Shown: positions 1 through 12,936 of the stretch, piece by piece
Layout of the letters: every line of letters starts with the position of its first letter
Numbering within the stretch: the stretch's first letter is position 1
Origin: the human T2T-CHM13v2.0 reference genome, Homo sapiens
Assembly: GCF_009914755.1 (NCBI RefSeq)
Contig: NC_060936.1
Reading direction: 5' to 3' (one strand)
DNA: 64,000 nt
Notes under the pieces: model-generated
Database searches by the model: none
Seen by the model: the letters and a program-made list of their open reading frames with translations, nothing else
Told to the model about the DNA's origin: nothing
Translations under genes and position numbers: made by a program

Positions 1-248
1 ATGGCGTAAGGCAAAGGAAGAGCAAAGGCATGTCTTACATGGCAGCAGGCAAGAGAGCATGTGCAGGAGAACTGCCTTTATAAAACCATTAATCATATCA
101 GACTTATTCACTATCATGAGAACAGCACGGGTAAAACCCACCCCCATGATTCAATTACCTCCCATCAGGTCCCTCCCATGACATGTAGGGATTATGGGAG
201 CTACAATTCAAGATGAGATTTGGGTGGGGACACAGCCAAACCACATCA
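1..248 (-). mobile_element. THE1-type MaLR LTR, cut by the window edge
   Basis: Ends GGATTATGGGAGCTACAATTCAAGATGAGATTTGGGTGGGGACACAGCCAAACCACATCA, the reverse complement of the THE1 5' end. Confidence 0.9.
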
Positions 249-1477
249 TTTGGCTTCTTTGATATGTTACTAGATCTTCTGAGAGGCAGCACATTGTGCT
301 GGAAACAGCCCTGACTTTAGGCCTGGATTAGAATCACAAGCTCATCACTGCCTTAGTTGTGGGACTCAGGCAGTTTACTCGACTCTCACCTTCAGAAGCT
401 TTTCTGCACCCTGGGGATTAAAAGACCCAGCTGAGTATTGACTTTAAGTATGTAGAGGACACTACCCCATCCCACTGCTTCCTTCTGTCTCCTGCTTTCT
501 ATTTTTCTTCCTGCCCCTAAATGTAGGTATTTTCCAAGGGAGCTGCCCGAATCATTACTATTCAGCTGACACAAGCCTTGGTTCCAAATTTTCATATCTC
601 TTCTACCAACTTTCTAAGCTGTTATAAAAGAGTAGAGAGGTTTCAGTAGAGAGGAAGTCTACTGAAGGATTATTGTTTGAGGCTTTTCTTTTTCCACATA
701 CATTTCTCAATGTGCTGAGTCTATCGAGAAAAATTTTGTCTCCAAGAGAAGGTGCAAGAATAGGCAAGAAACACAGTCCTACTGAGAGGCTTTTTAATTA
801 GCCTCATACATGGATTGATTTTTCTCTTCCTGTTTAAATTGAACATCTCTGTAGTTTTAGAGCGAGTTGCCACTTTCTCCAAATTGCATGAGGTAAAGAA
901 AAAGGAGAGATCTGTTACTAAGTGAAGTAGACAGAAGGGATTTCCTTTAAATACCCACAGCACGTGGACTTCTCTGCTGGGACCTTCCACAGCTGAGAGG
1001 GATGGCAAGTACTGACCAGATAATATATTGGTGCCAGAAGGGAGCACCCGCTCTGTGCCTCTTTAATGACGAGAAAGAGAATCTGCTTAGACTTTCTTAG
1101 AATTTAAGGCAAAGAGAAAAAGCCTGCAAAGCTCTTCTGCTAAGAGAAAATATAAAAAGTGCTGAAATGCTTCAGAGAAAAGGAAATCATGCATTTCTAG
1201 GCCTAGCACTGAATTGTTCGGTAAACGATATAAGCCACCTTTGACAGGGGTCCACTTTATTTCTTCTCTGGAACCCCACTATACAGAAATAAAAGTTGGG
1301 CTGCTCAGTCAAAGCAGGGAAGTAGGCTCAAAGTACCCCCTGCGCCTTCCACTTCGGCCTAGAGGTGAGCTGATCTTTGAAGACCATGGATCTCATCCAA
1401 TCTCTTCATTGTGCAGATGGAGAAACTGATGGACCAGAAAGGCCTCCATTTGCCCAAGGCCGGTAATTACATATTTA

Positions 1478-2302
1478 GCATTTACTCAGGCTCTCGACAA
1501 ATACTTACTGAGCACCTATGGTGTGCCCGGCACTCTTCTGGACACTGAGCTACAGCAGTGAACAAGAGACAGAGTCCTTGGCCTGAGGGAACTTATACTC
1601 TAGTGGGGAAGACAAAGTACAAAGAAAAAAATATATAATGTAATGTCAGGTAATAGAAAATGCTATAGAGAAAAGAAAGGCTGGGAGGTAGATAGGTTTG
1701 GGGAGCTACTTTCAATGGGATAGTCAAGGAGGGGTCTCGAGGAGGTAAAATTTGAGCAAAGAGAGGGATCCAGGAAGATACTGGGGGAGAGGAATCTAGA
1801 TGGAGGAAGGAACAAGCGTGAAGTTCCTAACATGAGAATGGACATGATATAAGCAAGGCCAGCATGGCCAGGGCTGAGTGAGCGAGGACAAGAGTGATGG
1901 AAGATGGGTCAGAGAGGGAGATGGGTCAGAGAGGGAGATGGGCCAGATCTGCAAGGCCTTACAGGCCATGATGAGGCCCTACAGGTTGCAGAAAGTCTTT
2001 GGATTTTATCCAAAATGGAATGGGAGCCCACTTTGAATGCATGGTTCCAAGCAGAAGAGTGACATGGTCTGCATTAGGCTTTAAAGGAATAATTCTGCCA
2101 GTCTGCTAAGTGGAGAATAGGCTGTAGAAAGATAAGAGGGAAACAGTGAGACCAAGAGGAGACTTTCACAGTTGTTTAGGTGAGAGATCTTGATGGCTTG
2201 GACCTTGATGGCAGCAGTGGAGGTGATGAGAAGTTGGCAAGATTTGGGATCTATTTTGCAGGCAGATCTGCCAAGATTTGCTAACAGATTGAATGAGGAG
2301 AT
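1478..2302 (-). mobile_element. L2 LINE 3' portion
   Basis: CAAATACTTACTGAGCACCTATGGTGTGCCCGGCACT is the antisense L2 3' end, followed by typical purine-rich antisense L2 body. Confidence 0.8.
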
Positions 2303-2342
2303 AACTTCTTATGCCTCTTTTGTGCAAAGCACTATACTAGGT

Positions 2343-2800
2343 TGTATTAATTAGGACTCTTGCTTATAAGAGCAGAAACCCAACTCACACTGGCTCCTGT
2401 AACTGAACAGTCAAGCCATAGATGAGTTTCAGGCATAGTTGGTTCCAGGATTGCAAATTATATCTTCAGAATTTAGCCTTCTCTCTTATCTTGGTTCCAT
2501 TTCTCACATGTAGCCCCCAGCAGCTCTAAGCTGACACAAAGCTTATGGATATCAATTGCCATGGGGAAAGAATATTTCTTCCTCTATAGTTTCAACAGAA
2601 CTGATGGTTCATCTACCTTATGTTACCTGCCCTTTTCTGACACAATCACTCTGTCCAAGAAAATAGAATACACAGCTTGACCAAGCCTTCTTGTGTGCTC
2701 AATCTGGAATCGGGAGTGGTGGCAGAGAAGTGTCCCTTCCCCCCTAAAGTTGTGCATTACTAGGAGGGAGAAAAACGAATACTATGTAGGCAAAAATAAT
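2343..2800 (-). mobile_element. Old MLT1 (J/K-like) MaLR LTR
   Basis: TGTATTAATTAGGACTCTTG...CAGAAACCCAACTCACACTGGCT resembles the MLT1J/K terminus. Confidence 0.6.
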
Positions 2801-4104
2801 CAATGTATACTACCTGAGGATAATAAGAATTTTTTCAATAAGTGAGAATTCTGCCTTCTCATTTTTTCTTGTCACAAAGTATGCTTTCACATAGACATAA
2901 AATGTAATTGTAGCAAAGAGAACTACAATGTGCTTGATACCCATTTTCAGAGTGCTTCGCCACACATTATCTAGCTGCAGAACACAGTATCTCCATGCCA
3001 AGAAAAGGAAGGTGAACCTGAAAAGCTGACAGTCACATGTTCTCTAACCACCTGAAGAGCACTGAGAGAGCGGAAAGTCGTACAGTATTTCTCCCATTCA
3101 GACAGGAGAGCACACTGTATCCAGCTATTGTGTAAGGAGGATGGAGAAGTGGGACATTGATGGTGCAGGGTGGTGTGGTGTGTGGGGCCGGGAGGAGAGA
3201 GGTTGGTGATGAGAAAAAGCAGGGGACGTTGCACAGAGGTCCCGATTTGGAGCCCGTGATGCCAAATGACCCTGGACATCAGGCTTTCTGCTAAAAAAGG
3301 ATAGCTGAGTCACACTGAATTATTCAGACAAAAGTTTGGTGACAAGCTGATACCACTCCAGGCCTGTCCCTCAGCAGTGTGGGCTGTTTGGCCTTGAGAA
3401 TGCAAGCCAGACTCATTTAAAGAAACACTGAGAAGACGCTGGTTTTGCTTCATTGAAGTAACAGTTCCTCCACTACCTCTCTTGCTTTCAGTGACATCTG
3501 CTCACTTCCCTGAGTTGTTTTCTTTGGATAGTTTTGTACTTGCCTGAGTTTTGTTTGCCTCTGGGGCTGATTTAGTCTTGTCAGTTAAGAAGATTCCCAA
3601 AGCCCCAAATTTGCCCATGAAATTGTTAACTTGCATCTTCCTACCCACCATGGCACCATAAGCTGTGCCACGTGACGTGGGAGGACTCAGCTAATGCCAT
3701 TACCTTGAGAAGCCAGAGCGGGCACTTAAGTGGTGTGAAAAACAACAATAACAACAACAAAAAACAAATAAAAAACCAGTTCAGATTCTCCACCCTGGGG
3801 TCGTCTCCCTGGTTACCTTATCAGTGGCGGCTTCATCCTGGAGACCCTGGGGTCTAATTCAGGTTCAGCGCTTCTCCAGTGCATCCTTGGAAATTCGAAG
3901 TGTTTACTAGGAAAACAGTGTCCCCTGCCTTTTTCTCCTTTCTCTACCCCTCACCCACTGCAGGTAAACATCAAGGTGGCAGAATTGCTGCTCTGTGGTC
4001 CATTCAGGCCCATATTCCTTCTCCCTTGGAGATGCGGAGTGGATTCAGGATCGAGAGTAGAGAGGAAGATGCAGTGAAAGAATTTAAAAGGCTGCTTGGT
4101 TTAA

Positions 4105-4270
4105 TGAAAAGCCCTGAGGCTTTGGAATCAGCCAAGGATGGGTTTGAGCCCCAGCTCTGCTACTTATTAGAGGTGTGGCTTTGAATGCGTGGCTCCATCT
4201 TTCTGAGTTTCCATTTTCTCAGCTGTAGACTGGGAATGACATGCACTTTATGAGGTGCTGTAAGGAAAAA
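4105..4270 (+). mobile_element. MIR SINE
   Basis: GGGTTTGAGCCCCAGCTCTGCTACTTATTAG...TCTGAGTTTCCATTTTCTCAGCTGTA, MIR core. Confidence 0.75.
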
Positions 4271-4924
4271 AGGAAGGAAGAGTCAAAACTCTTTTCAGCC
4301 CAGACTCCTCTCCTGACCCAGACCTGTATACCACCCAGCTGTTGCTGGAAGGGTCCACCTAGATGACCCTCAGAACCCTAAAACCTAGCACTCATCTCCC
4401 CACATTGCCACACACCAAGCTAGCTCCTCCCAGCTCCTCACCTGAACTCCTGCATATCTGCCACTTTCACATGCAGGGTGAATGGGCCACGCCTGTTAGG
4501 TTTGCCTGATTAACGTATTTATGGCCAGTCCTCCCTCTGTGTTCCTCTGCTCCTGCCTTGGCCCTGTCCCTCCTAGTAGCTGTCTAACTGGTCTCCCCAC
4601 TCCAGTGGTCCATGCTGCGGACACAACATCTTTTCTAAAATCCAGACCCGGTCATCTCACACCCTCGATTGCCTGCCATGGCTCCCATTACCTAAGCATA
4701 GTGCCCCAAACTCCTTAGCAGACCAGGCCCTGTCTGCCTTCCCGGCTTTATCTCTCGACAGTCCACGGCCCTGCCATGCTGACCTCATGGTTCGTGCTTC
4801 CATGCGTTTGCCAATGCCAGCCCCTCCACCGGAGTGCCATTTTCCCTTTGTCTCCTGGATTGCACACGTAATACTTCCTTATTTTTCAAAATTAGCTCAA
4901 GAATCACCTCCTCTATTATCTAAA

Positions 4925-5215
4925 CATTAAAAGGAATGAAGTCCTGATACCTACCATATGGATGAATTAAGCAACGACTTAATTGGAACAGATTTCCTTG
5001 TGGGGTGAGGAAAATGTTTTGGAATTAGATAGGGTGAGGATTGCACAAAACTGTGAATGTACTAAATGTACTAAACTAGACTGTTCACCTTAAAAGGGTT
5101 AATTTTTGTATTATATGATTTTGCCTAGATTAAACAAACTCAAAGAATTGCACCTTAAAAGGGTTAATTTTGTATTATATGAATTTTGCCTCGATTAAAC
5201 AAACTCAAAGAATTG
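4925..5215 (+). mobile_element. L1M (L1MB-like) 3' UTR fragment
   Basis: GGGGTGAGGAAAATGTTTTGGAATTAGATAG...TTGCACAAAACTGTGAATGTACTAAATG...CACCTTAAAAGGGTTAATTTT. Confidence 0.75.
5086..5215. repeat. 65-bp tandem duplication (2 copies)
   Basis: 5086-5150 and 5151-5215 both read CACCTTAAAAGGGTTAATTTT...TAAACAAACTCAAAGAATTG with about 3 differences. Confidence 0.95.
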
Positions 5216-6601
5216 CTCCTTTTGTAAAGACTTTCATGGACCTCCCGGGTGAAAACCAGACCGCTTTTTTAATGGTGGCCCCATGCCTACCATATTTCAT
5301 TCAGATCTTATCAGATCACTCCCAGAACTTCACTACACTCATTTATTTCCATGCCTGTGAACCCAGCGGCCTATGAGCTCCTTAAGCTCCATCTTCTGCA
5401 GCTAGCACACGGCCAGGCACGTGGTGATGCTCAGTTGGTGCCAATCCTCCCCTACCCTTGTCTTTCTGGGAGGTTGTAACCTTTCAAGTCCCACATTCTG
5501 GAGAAGGGGGAAAGCCTCCACCCAGTTGGGTTCGACCATCCATCACAGCCTTCTGAGTCGTTTGGAGTTCAGCCTTCTGCAGATCTGGATCTGTTCTGCG
5601 GCTACAGAAGGCATTTGCATTTCTAGCACGGGCTTCCTGGCCTCCCTCCCTCCCACCCCCAGCAAGGGGGACTCACAGAGCTCTGGCCTAGTTGCATAAA
5701 TGCTGGCATCTCCTTTTCGACTCCTCTCCTGGGTGTTTCCTTTTTATTTACTATTCTCTCCAATTTTGTGCCATCAGCACTTCACAGCGGTGCCGTGTCC
5801 CTCTTTTTGGAGCAGTTTAGAATGATTAAGGACAAGTAGTGGCCCGCTGGCCCCATTGTGTCTAGGCAGGCCCAAGGTAGATCGATGCGGACAAGGAGGG
5901 GAGGGGTGGACGGACGGCAAGCCTGCAACAGTGGCTGTGAGCCTGCTGTGAGTCAGTGCAGAGCCCAGCCCATTGGGCTGCCCTCTGCATCCCCGATGGG
6001 ACACAGCCCAGGAATCTGTGCATGGATGGTTCTAGCCCGAGGCCTGGAGTGGGCTCCCTGGCTGCTGTGGCAGGGTCACGATCGAGGGTGCTGCTGGCCT
6101 CTCTTCCTGCTCACTCAACCCGACTCCTCTCCCCTTCCTTTCTGGAGTCACCCCAGCAACATCCAGATGTCCTCTGCAGCGCCCCACCTGGGTCTCTTGC
6201 ACATCTTGACCACGTTTGGGTTTACTGATTAGCTCATTGGCATGCACTGGCCTTGCTGAGAGTCAGGCTGTGAAGAAAGGCAGCCTTTATGGAGGGTGAA
6301 GGTCGGCACTGCCTTGACACCAGCCAGCAAATGTCCTGCACCTCAGCCTGGCCTCCCCTCTGCTGCCATCTGCCCGGCCACCCAAGCCACATCTCTGCCT
6401 CTCCCCTCCCCTCCTCTCCCACCTCTGCCAAGTCCTGGGGATTCTGTCCTCTTAAGTCCTCTCTATTTCATCCACCTTCCCCACGCCCACTGCTACTGCC
6501 TTCCCTTGAGTCACCATCACCTGTGACCTGGCAGTAGCCCCCTTATTCTCCTGCTTTTTTCAATTTCATCCATTTTCACCCCCCACTGCCCCAAGAGCCA
6601 T

Positions 6602-7338
6602 TGTATTAGTTGTCCTGTTGCTGCTATAGCAAATTACCATAAACTTTGTGGCTCAAAGCAACACAGATGTCTTCTCCTATGGTCATGGAGGTCAGAAGCC
6701 CAAAATGAGGCTTCTGGGGCTAAAGTCAAAGTGGCAGCAGAGCTGGCTCCTTTTGGAGGCTCCAGGGGAAACCCTTCCTTGCCTCTTCCAGCTTCTAGAG
6801 GCTGCTGGCATTCCTTGGCTTGTGGGTGCACCACTCCATTCTCTTCTTCCATCATCACGTTGCCTTCTCTCTGACTTCTGACCCTCCTGTGTCCCTATTT
6901 TTTTTTTTTTAAAGAAACAGGATCTTGCTCTGTTGCCCAGGCTGGAGTGTAGTGGCACAATCACGGCTCACTGCAGTCCTGAATTCCTGGGCACAAACCA
7001 CCCTCCCGCCTCAACCTCCCGAGTAGTTGGGACAACAGATGTGTGCAACATGCCTGGCTAATTTTTTATTTTTTGTAGACATGGGGTCTTGCTATTCTGA
7101 AGCGATTCTACCACCTCCCAAAGTACTGAGATCATGGGTGTGAGCCACGGTGCCTGGCTCTGTGTCCCTCTTATAAGCACGCTTGTGATTACCTTGGGCC
7201 TACTCAGATAATACAGGATAATCTTCCCATCTCAAGATCCTGAATTGATCACATCTGCAGAGTCTCTTCTGCCATGTAAGGTGACACGAGTTCCGGAGAT
7301 TAGTTCATCATTGGGGTGCCATTACTCAGCCTGTCACA
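6602..7338 (-). mobile_element. MLT1 (C/D-like) solo LTR interrupted by an AluJ
   Basis: TG...CA termini and 5-bp TSD GCCAT (6597-6601, 7339-7343); starts TGTATTAGTTGTCCTGTTGCTGCTATAGCAAATTACC. Confidence 0.85.
6898..7159 (-). mobile_element. AluJ
   Basis: Antisense Alu with poly-T and J-type features; TSD CTGTGTCCCT. Confidence 0.9.
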
Positions 7339-7899
7339 GCCATTTTCCAAAATACTCGCTACTTCTCTCATTAGAAATCTATGATGGTTCTCAGTGGCTT
7401 ATGATCAAAGTTTAATGCTGACCGTCAAAATGGATTGAGCATTTGCCACATGCATCTGTGACAGTGGGTGAGGTGGTATGAGCTCATGTGTTCCCTGGAT
7501 GCTGACCACGTCAAAATCTGGGAGCCATTTCAGGGCTTAGCCTGGTGTATTCCCAGCATGTTAGCACCTTTGCACACAAGTCAGAATCCCCCAGAACAGC
7601 CTTAAACGCCTTGCCCTCCTTGTTTCCACCTCATCTCCTCATGCATCCCAGGTCCAGCCCTGCCAAGCCACTTGCCGCCTCCCAAAACCCAGATCCTTGC
7701 TCTTTGACTCTCGCAGCATCTCTCGCAGTGTCTGGCACACAGCAGTCAGTAGGTGCTCAATAGATGCTTGTTGAATGGCTGGTTGAAAGACAGAAGAAAT
7801 GGACAAATGAATAAAAGGAGTAAGGAGGACCAGCTTACCTGGCTAAGCCCTGAAAGGGCTCCTAGATTTGTACATGGTCAGCATCCAGGATCACATTGT

Positions 7900-8357
7900 C
7901 TGACACCATCTCATGCACCATAACATATGCTGCCAGTTCCCCAGCATGTCCTTGGCCATCCCCTGTATCTTTCTGCCTTGGATGTCCTGCCCTGGATGTC
8001 CTCGGGCCCCTGGAGCATGTTCAGCCTCACCTGGGAAGGCTCAAAGTATTGGGAAGTTAACACCCCAGGAGCACCCCTCCACCAATGAAGGATGCGAGTT
8101 AAGGAATAAACATCCCAGCATCCGCACCCTCACCTCCTTGGTGGGACAGTTCTGAGGGGTGCTCCACAGCCTCTCAGAGGGTCCCAGCAAGACTGAGCCC
8201 CAATACTGATAGTGGTAACCTTCTCATTAAAGCATCCTTGATTAGCTCTCTGCTCTTTCTCTTGCACTCCCCACTCCCTTGCTGTGCCTTCCAGATCAAA
8301 AACTTACAACCAAATCCCTGCCCCAGGGTTTGCTATTGGGGAAAGTCCAAACTAAAA
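7900..8357 (+). mobile_element. LTR16-family ERVL LTR
   Basis: GGGACAGTTCTGAGGGGTGCTCCACAGCCTCTCAGAGGGTCCCAGCAAGACTGAGCCCC and an LTR16-like end (AAATCCCTGCCCCAGGGTTTGCTATTGGGGAAAGTCCAAACTAAAA). Confidence 0.65.
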
Positions 8358-8389
8358 TTCCACACACTGTGAAGAGGCAAAATCCAATT

Positions 8390-8605
8390 AAAATAGTAAA
8401 GTCTAACATTTATTGAGCGTCTGCTCGGTGCCAGGCACCGTGATAGGCCAGCAGCACTCGTCATGTCACTTAATCCTCACAGCATCCCAGTGAGGTGGGT
8501 GCTGCTATCATTCCTCTTCTACAGATGAAAAAATGGAGGCCGAGAGAGGCGATGAGGTTTGTTCAAAGGCACGTAGCTGCCATATTGCTTCACCAAGCTG
8601 CCAGT
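8390..8605 (-). mobile_element. MIR SINE
   Basis: TAACATTTATTGAGCGTCTGCTCGGTGCCAGGCAC...TACAGATGAAAAAATGGAGGCCGAGAGAGG. Confidence 0.85.
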
Positions 8606-8699
8606 CTAAGCATCTAGGGCAGGTAGGGGAGGAAGGTCCAGGGGAAAGAGAGGGAGAGAGGAAAGGAAGCATCCTTAAATTAGGAGGACTTGTTCTGTG

Positions 8700-9560
8700 A
8701 GGTGAGTGTGAAGGTTGGGGCTTGTTTCTCTGGCTTAACGCACAGAAAGTGCTGGGCTTCTGTTAGCAGCAGCTGGCAGGCATCCATTCTCTCCTTGTCT
8801 GCTCTGCTTCTGAGTTGAGTCAGTTCTGTTCCAGCTTGGGCAGAGCCTGCGAAATGGGTAGGACCAACTGCCAAGCTGACCCTTGGCTATAGCTGTCCCA
8901 GGGCTTGCATATAGGTAGCCCACTATATCTTTTGCCTCTGAGCTTGAGATGAAAAGCCACACTGCCATCAGCCTGGAAAACTGGTCGACCACACTTCTCC
9001 ACCCCTGTCAATTTAAAATTTTCATTTTCTTTCCTGCTCAGCTCTCTTCACTGGGATGTAGGGAAATCGAGTGTGCAGTGAGTCACAGCTGTCACATTTG
9101 CTCACCTGAGCCAAATGGTTCCTCCCACTATGGGCTGGGCTCTTGGGCATTTGTCCTCACCTGCCAGGTTCGAATTGCAAGGTCAGCTGCACAGAAGCTG
9201 CTGATTCTTGAAAGTCTACTAGCTGCCAGTGGGTGAATGGTGGGTTCTGAGAGGTTTGACTCAATGGATTCGTTTTCTCCAGGGCTCTGCACACAAGATA
9301 GTCTGCTTTATGAATGCGTAGCTCTGGTTTTAATTCACAGATATGCATGGTCCAAATGAGCCATAATACAGAAAAAACAATGTTAACCTGTCAGTGTTCT
9401 GTGGATAGGCTTTGCAATGTCTGACATTGGTATCCATTGCGGATGTGACCTTTTGAGATACAAGAGTGGCTGTAACAAGCATAGCAGGCAGCACTTGAGA
9501 CAGACTTTGCAGCCTTACCTCTTGTAAACATTGCATCAACTTATTTTTAAATAGCATGTT
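8700..9560. promoter_or_regulatory. Candidate enhancer (AP-1 cluster)
   Basis: Repeat-free; TGA(G/C)TCA at 8816, 9079 and 9257; TGTAAACA at 9523; ATTGCATCA at 9530; TTATTTTTAA at 9541. Confidence 0.5.
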
Positions 9561-9589
9561 TTATGTTCTAATTATTTACTAATAAGCAT

Positions 9590-10600
9590 GAAGAACAGAT
9601 ACCACAAACACCAAGATAATCACCTTTGGTATTTGTGTGTGAACCTTTCTGGTCTGTTTTCTATGCTTAAAGCTATAATTTACAAATTCATATTATGCTA
9701 TGCATACTGTTTGTATTGTTCTTTTTTCAGTTGGTAGTATATCATGACCTCTTTCTTGCAATAAGTATTATTCACCTAAAATATGATTTTAAAATACTGT
9801 CTTATATTCCATCTCTCTCCTAGAAAAATCATAATGTATTTACCCAGTCCCCTTTTGTTGGACATTTAGATTGTTACTGCTTTTGTGCTTTTATAAATAG
9901 CATCATGTTGAATATTTTTGAACATGACATTTGCCCAGGCATCGCAGATTACTTTCTGAAGACATTTCTAGGTGTGCAACTACTGGATTAAAATGTGTGA
10001 AAAACACCTTTGCTTTTGATGTTTGTTGTTTCAGTCTTACTCTTGAAAATTCTGTACAATTTATACTCTAATAATCAGTGTTTAAGAATACTCATTTTCC
10101 CACACTCTTGGCTTTCAAGGTTGACTATCACCACACCTACATATAATCATGATTTGGGCCCCTTCTTTCTAATAGTTGTCTTTCATTTATCCATCTGTCT
10201 ATCCATCCGTCCGTCCATCCCTTTCTCAATGTATTGGCTGTACCTTCCAGAATAGTGTTAAAAAATAATGGCGATACGTCCCTATTTCTTGTGCCTGACT
10301 TTAGTGGAAATATCTCTAGTGTTTCACCAGTAAGTATGATGTTGATTATTAGAGAGATGTTCCCATAATATTAATGTGTTGTGCTCTTCATTTTTTAAAT
10401 ATTAAAGCAGATTATGAAATACCTTCTGTCATATTCAAAGATAATTGCTCATCTCCTTTGATCAGTATGATTGAACTATAGTATTAATTTCCTAATATTA
10501 ACCACTTTTTATTATTAGAACAAACTCTTCTTAGTCAACACTTACAATTTTTAAAACACACCACTGCATATGATTTAAAGATTATGTTTACTTTATAAAA
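9590..10600 (-). mobile_element. Ancient L1 (L1ME-like) fragments
   Basis: AT-rich; TTTACCCAGTCCCCTTTTGTTGGACATTTAGATTGTT and TTTCACCAGTAAGTATGATGTTG are antisense L1M motifs. Confidence 0.7.
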
Positions 10601-10942
10601 TAAATGGAAATCTTTCTGGCTCTCTATTCACAGAAATACTCATCAGAAACATGAGAACAGGCACATGTTTGTGCTTTTTCCAAGTATTTCTAGTAAATGC
10701 ATCAGGGTCTTGTGTGACCTGGATGAATCTAAGGTGAAGCCTGTTAGACCCAGGTGGGGGTTATGATTCTGTGCTGAGAAAAGGTCTCATTCAATTTGAT
10801 TTCTGTTCTTGTTAAATGCTTACTAGTCAGTGGCAAAATACAAATGAAAACACTAATTCCATTCCATGAGCAGGCTTGGCCTAGCCACCTCTGCACTCCC
10901 AGGAGGTCTGATACATAGTAGGTACTTTAAAAAGTCAATCCA

Positions 10943-11257
<315 letters not shown>

Positions 11258-11329
11258 TTAATCCAAAGAACTGCAAACTGTGACTTTTGTGGGGTGGGGG
11301 CAGCATGTATGTTAATCAGGGCCATGTGG

Positions 11330-11760
11330 CCAAATACATCCCTAGCATAGGGTAAATGTACCTAATAGCAGTAACTTTAGCATACCCTGAGGATGACCCT
11401 GTATGGCAGATGCACCTGAATGTGTGTTCCCAGCTAGGGAATCCGGGAGTGGCTAACTCGGAGATTTCTTCCTTGTCTGTAAGGAACATCTGAGGCCCCG
11501 GCCTGGCCCATGGAACATGGGCCGTCCAGGGAATTGAGGCCCTGAGTTTGGAGGGGGTTAAATGAAGTTTGCAGGTGGAGGTCATTAAGGGGAGGGTGTT
11601 AAGTAAAAATGCTTTATTTACTGCATGCTGTTTGCAAGAGGTTGCAGTTTTTCTGCCCAGCAGACTGCTGCTTGGCTATGTGGTTATGTTGTCCAGCCCA
11701 CAGCCACAGGGCCATTTCTGTGTATAAGGAGGTTTTCCTGTCTAACCCTATTGAGGTTAA
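11330..11760 (+). mobile_element. ERV LTR (LTR47/LTR32-like; family uncertain)
   Basis: GCATACCCTGAGGATGACCCTGTATGGCAGATGCACCTGAATGTGTGTTCCCAGCTAGGGAATCCGGGAGTGGC recalled as LTR sequence. Confidence 0.55.
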
Positions 11761-12314
11761 TATGGGTTTGGCACAACACAGAGCGTGTATGACCTCCCTC
11801 CACCCACTTCTTCCTTCCTGGTGTAGCCAGGTGATACTGACAGTGGAAAGCCCTAAAGGTCAAAGGTTACTCTGAGGCCTGAGGACACTGATGGAATTGG
11901 GAGAGAAGGAAAGAGGGAAATGGATTATGAGCTGATTTTGTGTAAAGACACTGTGGTACATTTTTACCTCTCCAGGTCACCATAAAGTTATTGAGTCCTC
12001 AGTGAGACAGGCCTGTCAGCTCCTTCGAAGAAACCAACCTCCCTTCTCTACCTTAGGGATGCCCTGGCTTTCCTGAAGTCTTCTTTGAGGACCTACTAAG
12101 TGTTTAGAGCTGGTTCCCAGTGCACTGAAAGTAGCAGATATGGGCCATTTTTTCATTTGACAAATATTTATGGTGGTGCCAGTGCCTAGCTTCATGGCTT
12201 GGGACAGAGGAGGTGTCTAATAAGAGATGTTGAGAGGATGAATGGATGGGAGTTTACTCTGATTCAGGCCATGGGCAAGTGAACAACAGTGCAGGTCAAG
12301 AAGAACAAGAAGAA

Positions 12315-12483
12315 TGTGTTTCTCTAAGTGTGTACTATGGGGAAGTTGCTAAAAATGCAAATTCCTGGTCTCCGTACAGACTTCCAGTGTCAGAATCTGT
12401 ATAGGAGAGGCTCAGTTATAGACATTTTATAACAAGCTCCCCCCGAGGTTCTAAGGCACGTTTCAATTTGAGACCTATGCTCT
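12315..12483. mobile_element. MER5-type hAT-Charlie element
   Basis: TTGCTAAAAATGCAAATTCCTGGTCTCC...TCAGAATCT...TTTTATAACAAGCTCCCC...TTTGAGACC. Confidence 0.6.
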
Positions 12484-12560
12484 GGTTGATCATTCTTAAC
12501 GAGATTGTGTTGTGAAAAGCTTCCTTCTCCACAGCCCACTCATTAACAAGCACACACCTA

Positions 12561-12936
<376 letters not shown>

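Larger units (their letters stand above)
4290..5445 (+). mobile_element. L2 LINE interrupted by an L1M fragment
   Basis: Pyrimidine-rich L2 body (CTAACTGGTCTCCC..., TTTCTAAAATCCAGACCCGGTCATCTCAC) and a degraded 3' end near 5400-5445. Confidence 0.6.

Noticed and set aside
1902-1947. 17-bp tandem repeat (and a 19-bp duplication at 20341-20378)
   Set aside because: These are ordinary slippage duplications without spacers and are not CRISPR-like.
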